Positions 1 to 15,000 of a stretch of DNA of 64,000 bases are shown in pieces. Made by a program: the position numbers and the translations under genes. This DNA is from Eledone cirrhosa. Lineage: Eukaryota. The notes below the pieces were generated by a model that was given only the letters and a program-made list of their open reading frames with translations, searched no databases and was not told the origin of the DNA. Position 1 is the first letter of the stretch. Every line of letters begins with the position of its first letter. The stretch is from the NCBI GenBank assembly GCA_964016885.1, contig OZ024747.1:29264001-29328000 (forward strand), written 5' to 3'.

Positions 1-3000
1 AATTAGTTTTACGTGTAGACGGCGTGTGTGTGTGTCTGTGTGTGTTACATGCCGCCGATCCGTCGTCCGTCTTCCAAGTTAGTTTTACGTGTAGACGGCG
101 TGTGTGTGTATCTGTGTGTGTTACACGCCGCCGATCCGTCGTCCGTCTTCCAAGTTAGTTTTACGTGTAGACGGCGTGTGTGTCTGTGTGAGTTACACGC
201 CGCCGATCCGTCGTCCGTCTTCCAAGTTAGTTTTACATGTAGACGGCGTGTGTGTGTGTCTGTGTGTGTTACACGCCGCCGATCCGTCGCCCGTCTTCCA
301 AGTTAGTTTTACGTGTAGACTGCGTGTGTGTGTGTCTGTGTGTGTTACACGCCGCCGATCCGTCGCCCGTCTTCCAAGTTAGTTTTACGTGTAGACTGCG
401 TGTGTGTGTGTCTGTGTGTGTTACACGCCGCCGATCCGAAATATTCTCTGTGCGTGTGACACTCTGTCGTCCGTCTTCCAAGTTAGTATTACGTGCGGTT
501 GTGCGTGTGACACTCTGTCGTCCGTCTTCCAAGTTAGTTTTACTTCTGGTTGTGCGTGTGACGACACTCTGTCGTCCGTCTTCCAAGTTAGTTTTACGTG
601 TAGACGGCGTGTGTGTGTGTCTGTGTGTGTTACCCGCCGCCTATCCGTCGTTCGTCTTCCAAGTTAGTTTCACGTGTAGACGGCGTGTGTGTGTGTCTGT
701 GTGTGTTACACGACGCCGATCCGTCGTCCGTCTTCCAAGTTAGTGTTACGTGGAGACGGCGTGTGTGTGTGTCTGTGTGTGTTACACGCGGCCGATCCGT
801 CGTCCGTCTTCCAAGTTAGTTTTACGTGTAGACGGCGTGTGTGTGTGTCTGTGTGTGTTACACGCCGCTGATCCGTCGTCCGTCTTCCAAGTTAGTTTTA
901 CGTGTAGACGGCGTATGCGAGTGTCTGTGTGTGTTACACGCCGCCGATCCGTCGTCCGTCTTCGAAGTTAGTATTACGTGCGGCTGTGCGTGTGACACTC
1001 TGTCGTCCGTCTTCCAAGTTAGTTTTACTTCTGGCTGTGCGTGTGACGACACTCTGTCTTCCGTCTTCCAAGTTAGTTTTCCGTGTAGACGGCGTGTGTC
1101 TGTGTCTGTGTGAGTTACACGCCGCCGATCCGTCGCCCGTCTTCCACGTTAGATTTACGTGTAGACGGCGTGTGTGTGTTTCTGTGTGTGTTACACGCCG
1201 CCGATCCGTCGTCCGTCTTCCAAGTTAGTTTTACTTCTGGCTGTGCGTGTGACGACACTCTGTCATCCGTCTTCCAAGTTAGTTTTCCGTGTAGACGGCG
1301 TGTGTCTGTGTCTGTGTGAGTTACACGCCGCCGATCCGTCGCCCGTCTTCCACGTTAGATTTACGTGTAGACGGCGTGTGTGTGTATCTGTGTGTGTTAC
1401 ACGCCGCCGATCCGTCGTCCGTCTTCCAAGTTAGTTTTACGTGTAGACGGCGTGTGTGTGTGTCTGTGTGTGTTACACGCCGCCGATCCGTCGTCCGTCT
1501 TCCAAGTTAGTTTTACGTGTACACGGCGCGTGTGTGTGTGTCTGAGTGTGTTACGCGCCGCCGATCCGCCGTCCGTCTTCCAAATTAGTTTTACGTGTAG
1601 ACGGCATTTGTTTGTGTCTGTAAGAGTTACACGCCGCCCATCCGTCGTCCGACTTCCAAGTTAGTTTTCCGTGTAGACGGCGTGTGTCTGTGTCTGTGTG
1701 AGTTACAAGCCGCCGATCCGTCGTCCGTCTTCCACGTTAGGTTTACGTGTAGACGGCGTGTCTGTCTGTGTGTGTAACACGCCGCCGATCCGCCGTCCGT
1801 CTTCCAAGTCAGTTTTACGTGTAGACGGTGTGTGTGTGTGTCTGTGTGTGTTACACGCCGCAGATCCGTCGTCCGTCTTCCAAGTTAGATTTACGTGTAC
1901 ACGGCACGTGTGTGTGTGTCTGTGTGTGTTACCCGCCGCCGATCCGTCGTCCGTCTTCCAAATTAGTTTTACGTGTAGACGGCATTTGTTGGTGTCTGTG
2001 TGTGTTACACGCCGCCGATACGGCGTCCGTCTCCCAAGTTAGCTTTACGTGTAGACGGCGTGTGTGTGTGTCTGTGTGTGTTACACGCCGCCGATCCGTC
2101 GTCCGCCTTCCAAGTTAGTTTTACGTGTAGACAGCGTGTGTGTCTGTGTGTGTTACACACCGCCGATCCTTCGTCCGTCATCCAAATTAGTTTTATGTGT
2201 AGACGGCTTGTGTGTGTGTCTGTGTGTGTTACATGCCGCCGATCCGTCGTCCGTCTTCCAAGTTAGTTTTACATGTAGTCGGCGTGTGTGTGTGTCTGTG
2301 TGTGTTACACGCCGCCGATCCGTCGCCCGTCTTCCAAGTTAGTTTTACGTGTAGACGGCGTGTGTGTGTGTCTGTGTGTGTTACACGCCGCCGATCCGAA
2401 ATATTTACTGTGCGTGTGACACTCTGTCGTCCGTCTTCCAAGTTAGTATTACGTGCGGCTGTGCGTGTGACACTCTGTCGTCCGTCTTCCAAGTTAGTTT
2501 TACTTCTGGTTGTGCGTGTGACGACACTCTGTCGTCCGTCTTCCAAGTTAGTTTTACGTGTAGACGGCGTGTGTGTGTGTCTGTGTGTGTTACCCGCCGC
2601 CTATCCGTCGTCCGTCTTCCAAATTAGTTTTACGTGTACACGGCGCGTGTGTGTGTCTGTGTGTGTTACACGCCGCCGATCCGTCGTCCGTCTTCCAAGT
2701 TAGTGTTACGTGGAGACGGCGTGTGTGTGTCTGTGTGTGTTACACGCCGCCGATCCGTCGTCCGTCTTCCAAGTTAGTTTTACGTGTAGACGGCGTGTCT
2801 GTCTGTGTGTGTTACACACCGCCGATCCTTCGTCCGTCGTCCAAATTAGTTTTACGTGTAGACGGCGTGTGTGTGTCTGTGTGTGTTACATGCCGCTGAT
2901 CCGTCGTCCGTCTTCCAAGTTAGTTTTACGTGTAGACGGCGTGTGTGTGTGTCTGTGTGTGTTACACGCCGCCGATCCGAAATATTTACTGTGCGTGTGA

Positions 3001-6000
3001 CACTCTGTTGTCCGTCTTCCAAGTTAGTTTTACTTCTGGCTATGCGTGTGACGACACTCTGTCATCCGTCTTCCAAGTTAGTTTTACGTGTAGACGGCGC
3101 GTGTGTGTGTGTCTGTGTGTGTTACGCGCCGCCGATCCGTCGTCCGTCTTCCAAATTAGTTTTACGTGTAGACGGCATTTGTTTGTGTCTGTGTGAGTTA
3201 CACGCCGCCGATCCGTCGTCCGTCTTCCAAGTTAGTTTTCCGTGTAGACGGCGTGTCTGCCTGTGTGTGTAACACGCCGCCGATCCGCCGTCCGTCTTCC
3301 AAGTTAGTTTTACGTGTAGACGGCGTGTGTGTGTGTCTGTGTGTGTTACACGCCGCCGATCCGTCGTCCGTCTTCCAAGTTAGTTTTACGTGAACACGGC
3401 GCGTGTGTGTGTGTCTGTGTGTGTTACGCGCTGCCGATCCGTCGTCCGTCTTCCAAATTAGTTTTACGTGTAGACGGCATTTGTTTGTGTCTGTGTGAGT
3501 TACACGCCGCCGATACGGCGTCCGTTTTCCAAGTTAGCTTTACGTGTAGACGGCGTGTGTGTGTGTCTGTGTGTGTTACACGCCGCCGATCCGTCGTCCG
3601 TCTTCCAAGTTAGTTTTAAGTGTAGACGGCGTCTGTGTCTGTGTGTGTTACACACCGCCGATCCTTCGTCCGTCATCCAAATGAGTTTTACGTGTAGACG
3701 GCGTGTGTGTGTGTCTGTGTGTGTTACAGGCCGCCGATCCGAAATATTTACTGTGCGTGTGACACTCTGTCGTCCGTCTTCCAAGTTAGTATTACGTGCG
3801 GCTGTGCGTGTGACACTCTGTCGTCCGTCTTCCAAGTTAGTTTTACTTCTGGCTGTGCGTGTGACGACACTCTGTCGTCCGTCTTCCAAGTTAGTTTTAC
3901 GTGTAGACGGCGTGTGTGTCTGTGTGTGTTACACACCGCCGATCCTTCGTCCGTCATCCAAATTAATTTTACGTGTAGACGGCGTGTGTGTGTGTCTGTG
4001 TGTGTTACAAGCCGCCGATCCGTCGTCCGTCTTCCAAGTTAGTTTTACGTGTAGACGGCGTGTGTGTGTGTCTGTGTGTGCGACAGGCCGCCGATCCGAA
4101 ATATTTAATGTGCGTGTGACACTCTGTCGTCCGTCTTCCAAGTTAGTATTACGTGCGGCTGTGCGTGTGACACTCTGTCGTCCGTCTTCCAAGTTAGTTT
4201 TACTTCTTGCTGTGCGTGTGACGACACTCTGTCGTCCGTCTTCCAAGTTAGTTTTACATGTAGACGGCGTGTGTGTGTGTCTGTGTGTGTTACCCGCCGC
4301 CGATCCGTCGTCCGTCTTCCAAGTTAGTTTTACGTGTACACGGCGCGTATGTGTGTGTCTGTGTGTGTTACGCGCCGCCGATCCGTCGTCCGTCTTCCAA
4401 ATTAGTTTTACGTGTAGACGGCATTTGTTTGTGTCTGTGTGAGTTACACACCGCCGATCCTTCGTCCGTCATCCAAATTAGTTTTACGTGTAGACGGCGT
4501 GTGTGTGTATCTGTGTGTGTTACATGCCGCCGATCCGTCGTCCGTCTTCCAAGTTAGTTTTACGTGTAGATGGCGTGTGTGTGTATCTGTGTGTGTTACA
4601 CGCCGCCGATCCGTCGTCCGTCTTCCAAGTTAGTTTTACGTGTAGACGGCGTGTGTGTCTGTGTGAGTTACACGCCGCCGATCCGTCGTCCGTCTTCCAA
4701 GTTAGTTTTACATGTAGACGGCGTGTGTGTGTGTCTGTGTGTGTTACACGCCGCCGATCCGTCGCCCGTCTTCCAACTTAGTTTTACGTGTAGACGACGT
4801 GTGTGTGTGTCAGTGTGTGTTACCCGCCGCCTATCCGTCGTTCGTCTTCCAAGTTAGTTTCAATTGTAGACGGCGTGTGTGTGTGTCTGTGTGTGTGACA
4901 CGCCGCCGATCCGTCGTCCGTCTTCCAAGTTAGTATTACGTGGAGACGGCGTGTGTGTCTGTGTGAGTTACACGCCGCCGATCCGTCGTCCGTCTTCCAA
5001 GTTAGTTTTACATGTAGACGGCGTGTGTGTGTGTCTGTGTGTGTTACAAGCCGCCGATCCGTCGCCCGTCTTCCAAGTTAGTTTTACGTGTAGACGGCGT
5101 GTGTGTGTGTCAGTGTGTGTTACACGCCGCCGATCCGAAATATTTACTGTGCGTGTGACACTCAGTCGTCTGTCTTCCAATTTAGTATTACGTGCGGCTG
5201 TGCGTGTGACACTCCGTCGTCCGTCTTCCAAGTTAGTTTTACTTCTGGCTGTGCTTGTGACGACACTCTGTCGTCCATCTTCCAAGTTAGTTTTACGTGT
5301 AGACGGCGTGTGTGTGTATCTGTGTGTGTTACCCGCCGCCTATCCGTCGTCCGTTTTCCAAATTAGTTTTACGTGTAGACGGCGTGTCTGTGTATCTGTG
5401 TGTGTTACATGCCGCCTATCCGTCGTTCGTCTTCCAAGTTAGTTTCACGTGTAGACGGCGTGTGTGTGTGTCTGTGTGTGTTACACGCCGCCGATCCGTC
5501 GTCCGTCTTCCAAGTTAGTGTTACGTGGAGACGGCGTGTGTGTGTGTCTCTGTGTGTTACACGCCGCCGATCCGTCGTCCCTCTTCCAAGTTAGTTTTAC
5601 GTGTAGACGGCGTGTGTGTGTGTCTGTGTGTGTTACACGCCGCCGATCCGTCGTCCGTCTTCCAAGTTAGTTTTACGTGTAGACGGCGTGTGTGAGTGTC
5701 TGTGTGTGTTACACGCCGCCGATCCGTCGTCCGTCTTCCAAGTTAGTATTACGTGCGGCTGTGCGTGTAACACTCTGTCGTCCGTCTTCCAAGTTAGTAT
5801 TACTTCTGGCTGTGCGTGTGACGACACTCTGTCGTCCGTCTTCCAAGTTAGTTTTACGTTTACACGGCGCGTGTGTGTGTGTCTGTGTGTGTTACGCGCC
5901 GCTGATCCGTCGTCCGTCTTCCAAATTAGTTTTACGTGTAGACGGCATTTGTTTGTGTCTCTGTGAGTTACACGCCGCCGATCCGTCGTCCGTCTTCCAA

Positions 6001-9000
6001 GTTAGTTTTCCGTGTAGACGGCGTGTGTCTGTGTCTGTGTGAGTTACACGACGCCGATCCGTCGTCCGTCTTCCACGTTAGGTTTACGTGTAGACGGCGT
6101 GTCTGTCTGTGTGTGTAACACGCCGCCGATCCGCCGTCCGTCTTCCAAGTTAGTTTTACGTGTAGACGGCGTGTGTGTGTGTCTGTGTGTGTTACACGCC
6201 GCCGATCCGTCGTCCGTCTTCCAAGTTAGTTTTACGTGTACACGGCGCGTGTGTGTGTGTCTGTGTGTGTTACGCGCCGCCGATCCGTCGTCCGTCTTCC
6301 AAATTAGTTTTACGTGTAGACGGCATTTGTTTGTGTCTGTGTGAGTTACACTCCGCCGATACGGCGTCCGTCTTCCAAGTTAGCTTTACGTGTAGACGGC
6401 GTGTGTGTGTGTCTGTGTGTGTTACGCGCCACCGATCCCTCGTCCGTCTTCCAAGTTAGTTTTACGTGTAGACGGCGTGTGTGTCTGTGTGTGTTACACA
6501 CCGCCGATCCTTCGTCCGTCATCCAAATTAGTTTTACGTGTAGACGGCGTGTGTGTGTCTGTGTGTGTTACATGTCGCCAATCCGTCGTCCGTCTTCCAA
6601 GTTAGTTTTACGTGTAGACGGCGTGTGTGTGTGTCTGTGTGTGTTACACGCCGCCGATCCGAAATATTTACTGTGCGTGTGACACTCTGTCGTCCGTCTT
6701 CCAAGTTAGTATTACGTGCGGCTGTGCGTGTGACACTCTGTCGTCCGTCTTCCAAGTTAGTTTTACTTCTGGCTGTGCGTGTGACGACACTCTGTCGTCC
6801 GTCTTCCAAGTTAGTTTTACGTGTAGACGGCGTGTGTGTGTGTCTGTGTGTGTTACCCGCCGCCGATCCGTCGTCCGTCTTCCAAATTAGTTTCACGTGT
6901 AGACGGCGTGTGTGTGTATCTGTGTGTGTTACACGCCGCCGATCCGTCGTCCTTCTTCCAAGTTAGTTTTACGTGTACACGGCGCGTGTGTGTGTGTCTG
7001 TGTGTGTTACGCGCCGCCGATCCGTCGTCCGTCTTCCAAATAAGTTTTACGTGTAGACGGCATTTGTTTTTGTCTGTGTGAGTTACACACCGCCAATCCT
7101 TCGTTCGTCATCCAAATTAGTTTTACGTGTAGACGGCGTGTGTGTGTATCTGTGTGTGTTACACGCCACCGATCGGTCGTCCGTCTTCCAAGTTAGTTTT
7201 ACGTGTAGACGGCGTGTGTGTCTGTGTGAGTTACACGCCGCCGATCCGTCGTCCGTCTTCTAAGTTAGTTTTACGTGTAGACGGCGTGTGTGTGTGCCTG
7301 TGTGTGTTACACGCCGCCGATCCGTCGCCCGTCTTCCAAGTTAGTTTTACGTGTAGACGGCGTGTGTGTGTGTCTGTGTGTGTTACACGCCGCCGATCCG
7401 AAATATTTACTCTGCGTGTGACACTCTGTCGTCCGTCTTCCAAGTTAGTATTACGTGCGGCTGTGCGTGTAACACTCTGTCGTCCGTCTTCCAAGTTAGT
7501 TTTACTTCTGGCTGTGCGTGTGACGACACTCTGTCGTCCGTCTTCCAAGTCAGTTTTACGTGTAGACGGCGTGTGTGTGTGTCTGTGTGTGTTACCTGCC
7601 GCCTATCCGTCGTCCGTCTTCCAAATTAGTTTTACGTGTAGACGGCGTGTGTGTGTATCTGTGTGTGTTACACGCCGCCTATCCGTCGTTCGTCTTCCAA
7701 GTTAGTTTCACGTGTAGACGGCGTGTGTGTGTGTCTGTGTGTGTTACACGCCGCCGATCCGTCGTCCGTCTTCCAAGTTAGTCTTACGTGGAGACGGCGT
7801 GTGTATGTGTCTGTGTGTGTTACACGCCGCCGATCCCTCGTCCGTCTTCCAAGTTAGTTTTACATGTAGACGGCGTGTGTGAGTGTCTGTGTGAGTTACA
7901 CGCCGCCGATCCGTCGTCCGTCTTCCAAGTTAGTATTACGTGCGGCTGTGCGTGTGACACTCTGTCGTCCGTTTTCCAAGTTAGTTTTACTTCTGGCTGT
8001 GCGTGTGACGACACTCTGTCGTCCATCTTCCAAGTTAGTTTTCCGTGTAGACGGCGTGTGTCTTAGTCTGTGTGAGTTACACGCCGCCGATCCGTCGCCT
8101 GTCTTCCACGTTAGGTTTACGTGTAGACGGCGTGTGTGTGTATCTGTGTGTGTTACACGCCGCCGATCCGTCGTCCGTCTTCCAAGTTAGTTTTACGTGT
8201 AGACGGCGTGTGTGTGTGTCTGTGTGTGTTACACGCCGCCGATCCGTCGTCCGTCTTCCAAGTTAGTTTTACGTGTAGACGGCGTGTGTGTGTTACATGC
8301 CGCCGAACCGTCGTCCGTCTTCCAAGTTAGTTTTACGTGTAGACGGCGTGTGTGTGTATCTGTGTGTGTTACACGCCGCCGATCCGTCGTCCGTCTTCCA
8401 AGTTAGTTTTAGGTGTAGACGGCGTGTGTGTCTGTGAGAGTTACACGCCGCCGATCCGTCGTCCGTCATCCAAGTTAGTTTTACATGTAGACGGCGTGTG
8501 TGTGTGTCTGTGTGTGTTACACGCCGCCGATCCGTCATCCGTCTTCCAAGTTAGTTTTACGTGTAGACGGCGTGTGTGTGTGTCTGTGTGTGTTACACGC
8601 CGCCGATCCGTCGTCCGTCTTCCAAGTTAGTGTAACGTGGAGACGGCGTGTGTGTGTGTCAGTGTGTGTTACACGCCGCCGATCCGTCGTCCGTCTTCCA
8701 AGTTAGTTTTACGTGTAGACGGTGTGTGTGTGTGTCTGTGTGTGTTACACGCCGCCGATCCGTCGTCCGCCTTCCAAGTTAGTTTTACGTGTAGACGGCG
8801 TGTGTGAGTGTCTGTGTGTGTTACACGCCGCCGATCCGTCGTCCGTCTTCCAAGTTAGTATTACGTGCAGCTGTGCGTGTGACACTCTGTCGTCCGTCTT
8901 CCAATTCAGTTTTACGTGTAGACGGCGTGTGTGTGTGTCTGTGCGTGTTACACGCCGCCGATCCGTCGTCCGTCTTCCAAGTTAGTTTTACGTTTACACG

Positions 9001-12000
9001 GCGCGTGTGTGTGTGTCTGTGTGTGTTACGCGCCGCCGATCCGTCGTCCGTCTTCCAAATTAGTTTTAGGTGTAGACGGCGTGTGTGTCTGTGTGAGTTA
9101 CACGCCGCCGATCCGTCGTCCGTCATCCAAGTTAGTTTTACATGTAGACGGCGTGTGTGTGTGTCTGTGTGTGTTACACGCCGCCGATCCGTCATCCGTC
9201 TTCCAAGTTAGTTTTACGTGTAGACGGCGTGTGTGTGTGTCTGTGTGTGTTACACGCCGCCGATCCGTCGTCTGTCTTCCAAGTTAGTGTAACGTGGAGA
9301 CGGCGTGTGTGTGTGTCAGTGTGTGTTACACGCCGCCGATCCGTCGTCCGTCTTCCAAGTTAGTTTTACGTGTAGACGGTGTGTGTGTGTGTCTGTGTGT
9401 GTTACACGCCGCCGATCCGTCGTCCGCCTTCCAAGTTAGTTTTACGTGTAGACGGCGTGTGTGAGTGTCTGTGTGTGTTACACGCCGCCGATCCGTCGTC
9501 CGTCTTCCAAGTTAGTATTACGTGCAGCTGTGCGTGTGACACTCTGTCGTCCGTCTTCCAATTCAGTTTTACGTGTAGACGGCGTGTGTGTGTGTCTGTG
9601 CGTGTTACACGCCGCCGATCCGTCGTCCGTCTTCCAAGTTAGTTTTACGTTTACACGGCGCGTGTGTGTGTGTCTGTGTGTGTTACGCGCCGCCGATCCG
9701 TCGTCCGTCTTCCAAATTAGTTTTACGTGTAGACGGCATTTGTTTGTGTCTGTGTGAGTTACACGCCGCCGATCCGTCGTCCGTCTTCCAAGTTAGTTTT
9801 CCGTGTAGACGGCGTGTGTCTGTGTCTGTGTGAGTTACACGCCGCCGATCCGTCGTCCGTCTTCCACGTTAGGTTTACGTGTAGACAGCGTGTCTGTCTG
9901 TGTGTGTAACACGCCGCCGATCCGCCGTCCGTCTTCCAAGTTAGTTTTACGTGTAGACGGCGTGTGTGTCTGTGTGAGTTACACGCCGCCGATCCGTCGT
10001 CCGTCATCCAAGTTAGTTTTACATGTAGACGGCGTGTGTGTGTGTCTGTGTGTGTTACACGCCGCCGATCCGTCATCCGTCTTCCAAGTTAGTTTTACGT
10101 GTAGACGGCGTGTGACACTCTGTCGTCCGTCTTCCAATTTAGTTTTGCGTGTCTCTGTGTGTTGCACGCCGCAGCCGATCCGTCGTCCGTCTTCCAAGTT
10201 AGTTTTACATGCGGCTGTGCGTGTGACAATCTGTCGTCCGTCTTCCGAGTTAGTTTTACGTGCGGCTGTGCGTGTGACACTCTGTCGTCCGTCTTCAAAG
10301 TTAGTTTTACTTATGGTTGTGCGTGTGATGACACTATATCGTCCGTATTCCAAGTTAGCTTTACGTGTAGACGGCGATGTGTGTTTCTGTGCGTGTTACA
10401 CGCCGCCGATCCGTCCTCCGTCTTCCAAGTTAGTTTTACGTGTAGACGGCGTGTGTGTGAGTCTGTGTGTGTTACACGCCGCCGATCCATCGTCGAAGTT
10501 AGTTTTACGTCTGGCCGTGCGTGTGACGAGACTCTGTCGTCCGTCTTCCAAGTTACTTTTACGTGTAGACGGCGTGTGTGTGTGTCTGTGTGTGTGTTAC
10601 ACGCCGCCGATCCGTCGTCCGTCTTCCAAGTTAGCTTTACGTGTAGACGGCGTGTGTGTCTGTCTGTGTGTGTTACACGCCGCCGATCCGTCGTCCGTCT
10701 TCAAAGTTAGTTTTACGTGTAGACGGCCTGTGTGTGTGTCTGTGTGTGTTACACGCCGCTGATCCGTCGTCCTTCTTCCAAGTTAGTTTTACGTGTAGAC
10801 GGCGTGTGTGTGTGTCTGTGTGTGTTACACGCCGCCGATCCGTCCTCCGTCTTCCAAGTTAGTTTTACGTGCGGCTGTGCGTGTGACACTCTGTCGTCCG
10901 TCTTCCAAGTTAGTTTTACTTCTGGCTGTGCGTGTGACGACACTCTGTCCTCCGTCTTCCAAGTTAGTTTTACTTCTGGCTGTGCGTGTGACGACACTCT
11001 GTCGTCCGTCTTCCAAGTTAGTTTTACGTGTAGACGGCGTGTGTGTGTGTCTGTGTGTGTTACCCGCCGCCGATCCGTCGTCCGTCTTCCAAATTAGTTT
11101 TACGTGTAGACGGCGTGTGTGTGTATCTGTGTGTGTTACACGTCGCCTATCCGTCGTTCGTCTTCCAAGTTAGTTTCACGTGTAGACGGCGTGTGTGTGT
11201 GTCTGTGTGTGTTACACACCGCCGATCCGTCGTCCGTCTTCCAAGTTAGTGTAACGTGGAGACGGCGTGTGTGTGTGTCTGTGTGTGTTACACGCCGCCG
11301 ATCCGTCGTCCGTCTTCCAAGTTAGTTTTACGTGTAGACGGCGTGTGTGAGTGTCTGTGTGTGTTACACGCCGCCGATCCGTCGTCCGCCTTCCTAGTTA
11401 GTATTACGTGCGGCTGTGCGTGTGACACTCTGTCGTCCGTCTTCCAATTTAGTTTTACGTGTAGACGGTGTGTGTGTGTGTCTGTGTGTGTTACACGCCG
11501 CCGATCCGTCGTCCGTCTTCCAAGTTAGTTTTACGTGTAGACGGCGTGTGTGTGTGTCTGTGTGTGTTACACGCCGCCGATCCGTCCTCCGTCTTCCAAG
11601 TTAGTTTTACGTGCGGCTGTGCGTGTGACACTCTGTCCTCCGTATTCCAAGTTAGTTTTACTTCTGGCTGTGCGTGTGACGACACTCTGTCGTTCGTCTT
11701 CCAAGTTAGTTTTACGTGTAGACGGCGTGTGTGTGTGTCTGTGTGTGTTACCCGCCGCCGATCCGTCGTCCGTCTTCCAAATTAGTTTTACGTGTAGACG
11801 GCGTGTGTGTGTATCTGTGTGTGTTACACGTCGCCTATCCGTCGATCGTCTTCCAAGTTAGTTTCACGTGTAGACGGCGTGTGTGTGTGTCTGTGTGTGT
11901 TACACGCCGCCGATCCGTCGTCCGTCTTCCAAGTTAGCGTTACGTGGAGACGGCGTGTGTGTGTGTCTGTGTGTGTTACACGCCGCCGATCCGTCGTCCG

Positions 12001-15000
12001 TCTTCCAAGTCAGTTTTACGTGTAGACGGTGTGTGTGAGTGTCTGTGTGTGTTACACGCCGCCGATCCGTCGTCCCTCTTCCAAGTTAGTATTACCTGCG
12101 GCTGTGCGTGTGACACTCTGTCGTCCGTCTTCCAAGTTAGTATTACGTGCGGCTGTGCGTGTGACACTCTGTCGTTCGTCTTCCAAGTTAGTTTCCCGTG
12201 TAGACGGCCTGTGTCTGTGTCTGTGTGAGTTACACGCCGCCGATCCGTCGTCCGTCTTCCAAGTTAGTTTTACGTGTACACGGCGCGTGTGTATGTGTCT
12301 GTGTGTGTTACGCGTCGCCGATCCGTCGTCCGTCTTCCAAATTAGTTTTACGTGTAGACGGCATTTGTTTGTGTCTGTGTGAGTTACACGCCGCCGATCC
12401 GTCGTCCGTCTTCCAAGTTAGCTTTACGTGTAGACGGCGTGTGTGTGTGTCTGTGTGTGTTACACGCCGCCGATCCGTCGTCCGTCTTCCAAGTTAGTTT
12501 TACGTGTAGACGGCGTGCGTGTCTTTGTGTGTTACACACCGCCGATCCTTCGTCCGTCATCCAAATTAGTTTTACGTGTAGACGGCGTGTGTGTGTGTCT
12601 GTGTGTGTTACATGCCGCCGATCTGTCGTCCGTCTTCCAAGTTAGTTTTACGTGTAGACGGCGTGTGTGTGTATCTGTGTGTGTTACACGCCGCCGATCC
12701 GTCGTCCGTCTTCCAAGTTAGTTTTACGTGTAGAATGCGTGTGTGTGTGTCTGTGTGAGTTACACGCCGCCGATCCTTCGTCCGTCTTCCAAGTTAGTTT
12801 TACGTGTAGACGGCGTGTGACACTCTGTCGTCCGTCTTCCAATTTAGTTTTGCGTGTCTCTGTGTGTTGCACGCCGCAGCCGATCCGTCGTCCGTCTTCC
12901 AAGTTAGTTTTACATGCGGCTGTGCGTGTGACAATCTGTCGTCCGTCTTCCGAGTTAGTATTACGTGCGGCTGTGCGTGTGACACTCTGTCGTTCGTCTT
13001 CCAAGTTAGTTTTCCGTGTAGACGGCGTGTGTCTGTGTCTGTGTGAGTTACACGTCGCCGATCCGTCGTCCGTCTTCTACATTAGGTTTACGTGTAGACG
13101 GCGTGTGTGTCTGTGTGTGTTACACGCCGCCGATCCGTCGTCCGTCTTCCAAGTTAGTTTTACGTGTACACGGCGCGTGTGTGTGTGTCTGTGTGTGTTA
13201 CGCGCCGCCGATCCGTCATCCGTCTTCCAAATTAGGTTTACGTGTAGACGGCATTTGTTTGTGTCTGCGTGAGTTACACGCCGCCGATACGGCGTCCGTC
13301 CTCGAAGTTAGATTTTACGTGTAAACGGCGTGTGTGTGTGTCTGTGTGTGTTACACGCCGCCGATCCGTCGTCCGTCTTCTACATTAGGTTTACGTGTAG
13401 ACGGCGTGTGTGTCTGTGTGTGTTACACGCCGCCGATCCGTCGTCCGTCTTCCAAGTTAGTTTTACGTGTACACGGCGCGTGTGTGTGTGTCTGTGTGTG
13501 TTACGCGCCGCCGATCCGTCGTCCGTCTTCCAAGTAAGTTTTACGTGTAGACGGCGTGCGTGTGTGTATCTGTGTGTGTTACACGACGCCGATCCGTCGT
13601 CCGTCTTCCAAGTTAGTTTTACGAGTAGACGGCGTGTGTGTCTGTGTGAGTTACACGCCGCCGATCCGTCGTCCGTCATCCAAGTTAGTTTTACATGTAG
13701 ACGGCGTGTGTGTGTGTGTGTGTGTGTTACACGCCGCCGATCCGTCATCCATCTTCCAAGTTAGTTTTACGTGCAGCCGTGCGTGTGACACTCTGTCGTC
13801 CGTCTTCCAAGTTAGTTTTACTTCTGGTTGTGCGTGTGACGACACTCTATCGTCCGTATTCCCAGTTAGCTTTACGTGTAGACGGCGATGTGTGTTTCTG
13901 TGTGTGTTACACGCCGCCGATCCGTCCTCCGTCTTCCAAGTTAGTTTTACGTGTAGACGGCGTGTGTGTGTGTCTGTGTGTGTTACACGCCGCCGATCCA
14001 TCGTCGAAGTTAGTTTTACGTCTGGCCGTGCGTGTGACGAGACTGTGTCGTCCGTCTTCCAAGTTACTTTTACGTGTAGACGGCGTGTGTGTGTGTCTGT
14101 GTGTGTTACACGCCGCCGATCCCTCCTCCGTCTTCCAAGTCAGTTTTACGTGCGGCTGTGCGTGTGACACTCTGTCGTCCGTCTTCCAAGTTAGTTTTAC
14201 TTCTGGTTGTGCGTGTGACGACACTCTGTCCTCCGTCTTCCAAGTTAGTTTTACTTCTGGCTGTGCGTGTGACGACACTCTGTCGTTCGTCTTCCAAGTT
14301 AGTTTTACGTGTAGACGTCGTGTGTGTGTGTCTGTGTGTGTTACCCGCCGCCGATCCGTCGTCCGTCTTCCAAATTAGTTTTACGTGTAGACGGCGTGTG
14401 TGTGTATCTGTGTGTGTTACACGTCGCCTATCCGTCGATCGTCTTCCAAGTTAGTTTCACGTGTAGACGGCGTGTGTGTGTGTCTGTGTGTGTTACACGC
14501 CGCCGATCCGTCGTCCGTCTTCCAAGTTAGTGTTACGTGGAGACGGCGTGTGTGTGTGTCTGTGTGTGTTACACGCCGCCGATCCGTCGTCCGTCTTCCA
14601 AGTTAGTTTTACGTGTAGACGGCGTGTGTGTGTGTCTGTGTGTGTTACACGCGGCCGATCCGTCGTCCGTCTTCCAAGTTAGTTTTACATGTAGACGGCG
14701 TGTGTGAGTGTCTGTGTGTGTTACACGCCGCCGATCCGTCGTCCGTCTTCCAAGTTAGTATTACCTGCGGCTGTGCGTGTGACACTCTGTCGTCCGTCTT
14801 CCAAGTTAGTATTACGTGCGGCTGTGCGTGTGACACTCTGTCGTTCGTCTTCCAAGTTAGTTTTCCGTGTAGACGGCCTGTGTCTGTGTCTGTGTGAGTT
14901 ACACGCCGCCGATCCGTCGTCCGTCTTCCAAGTTAGCTTTACGTGTAGACGGCGTGTGTGTGTGTCTGTGTGTGTTACACGCCGCCGATCCGTCGTCCGG

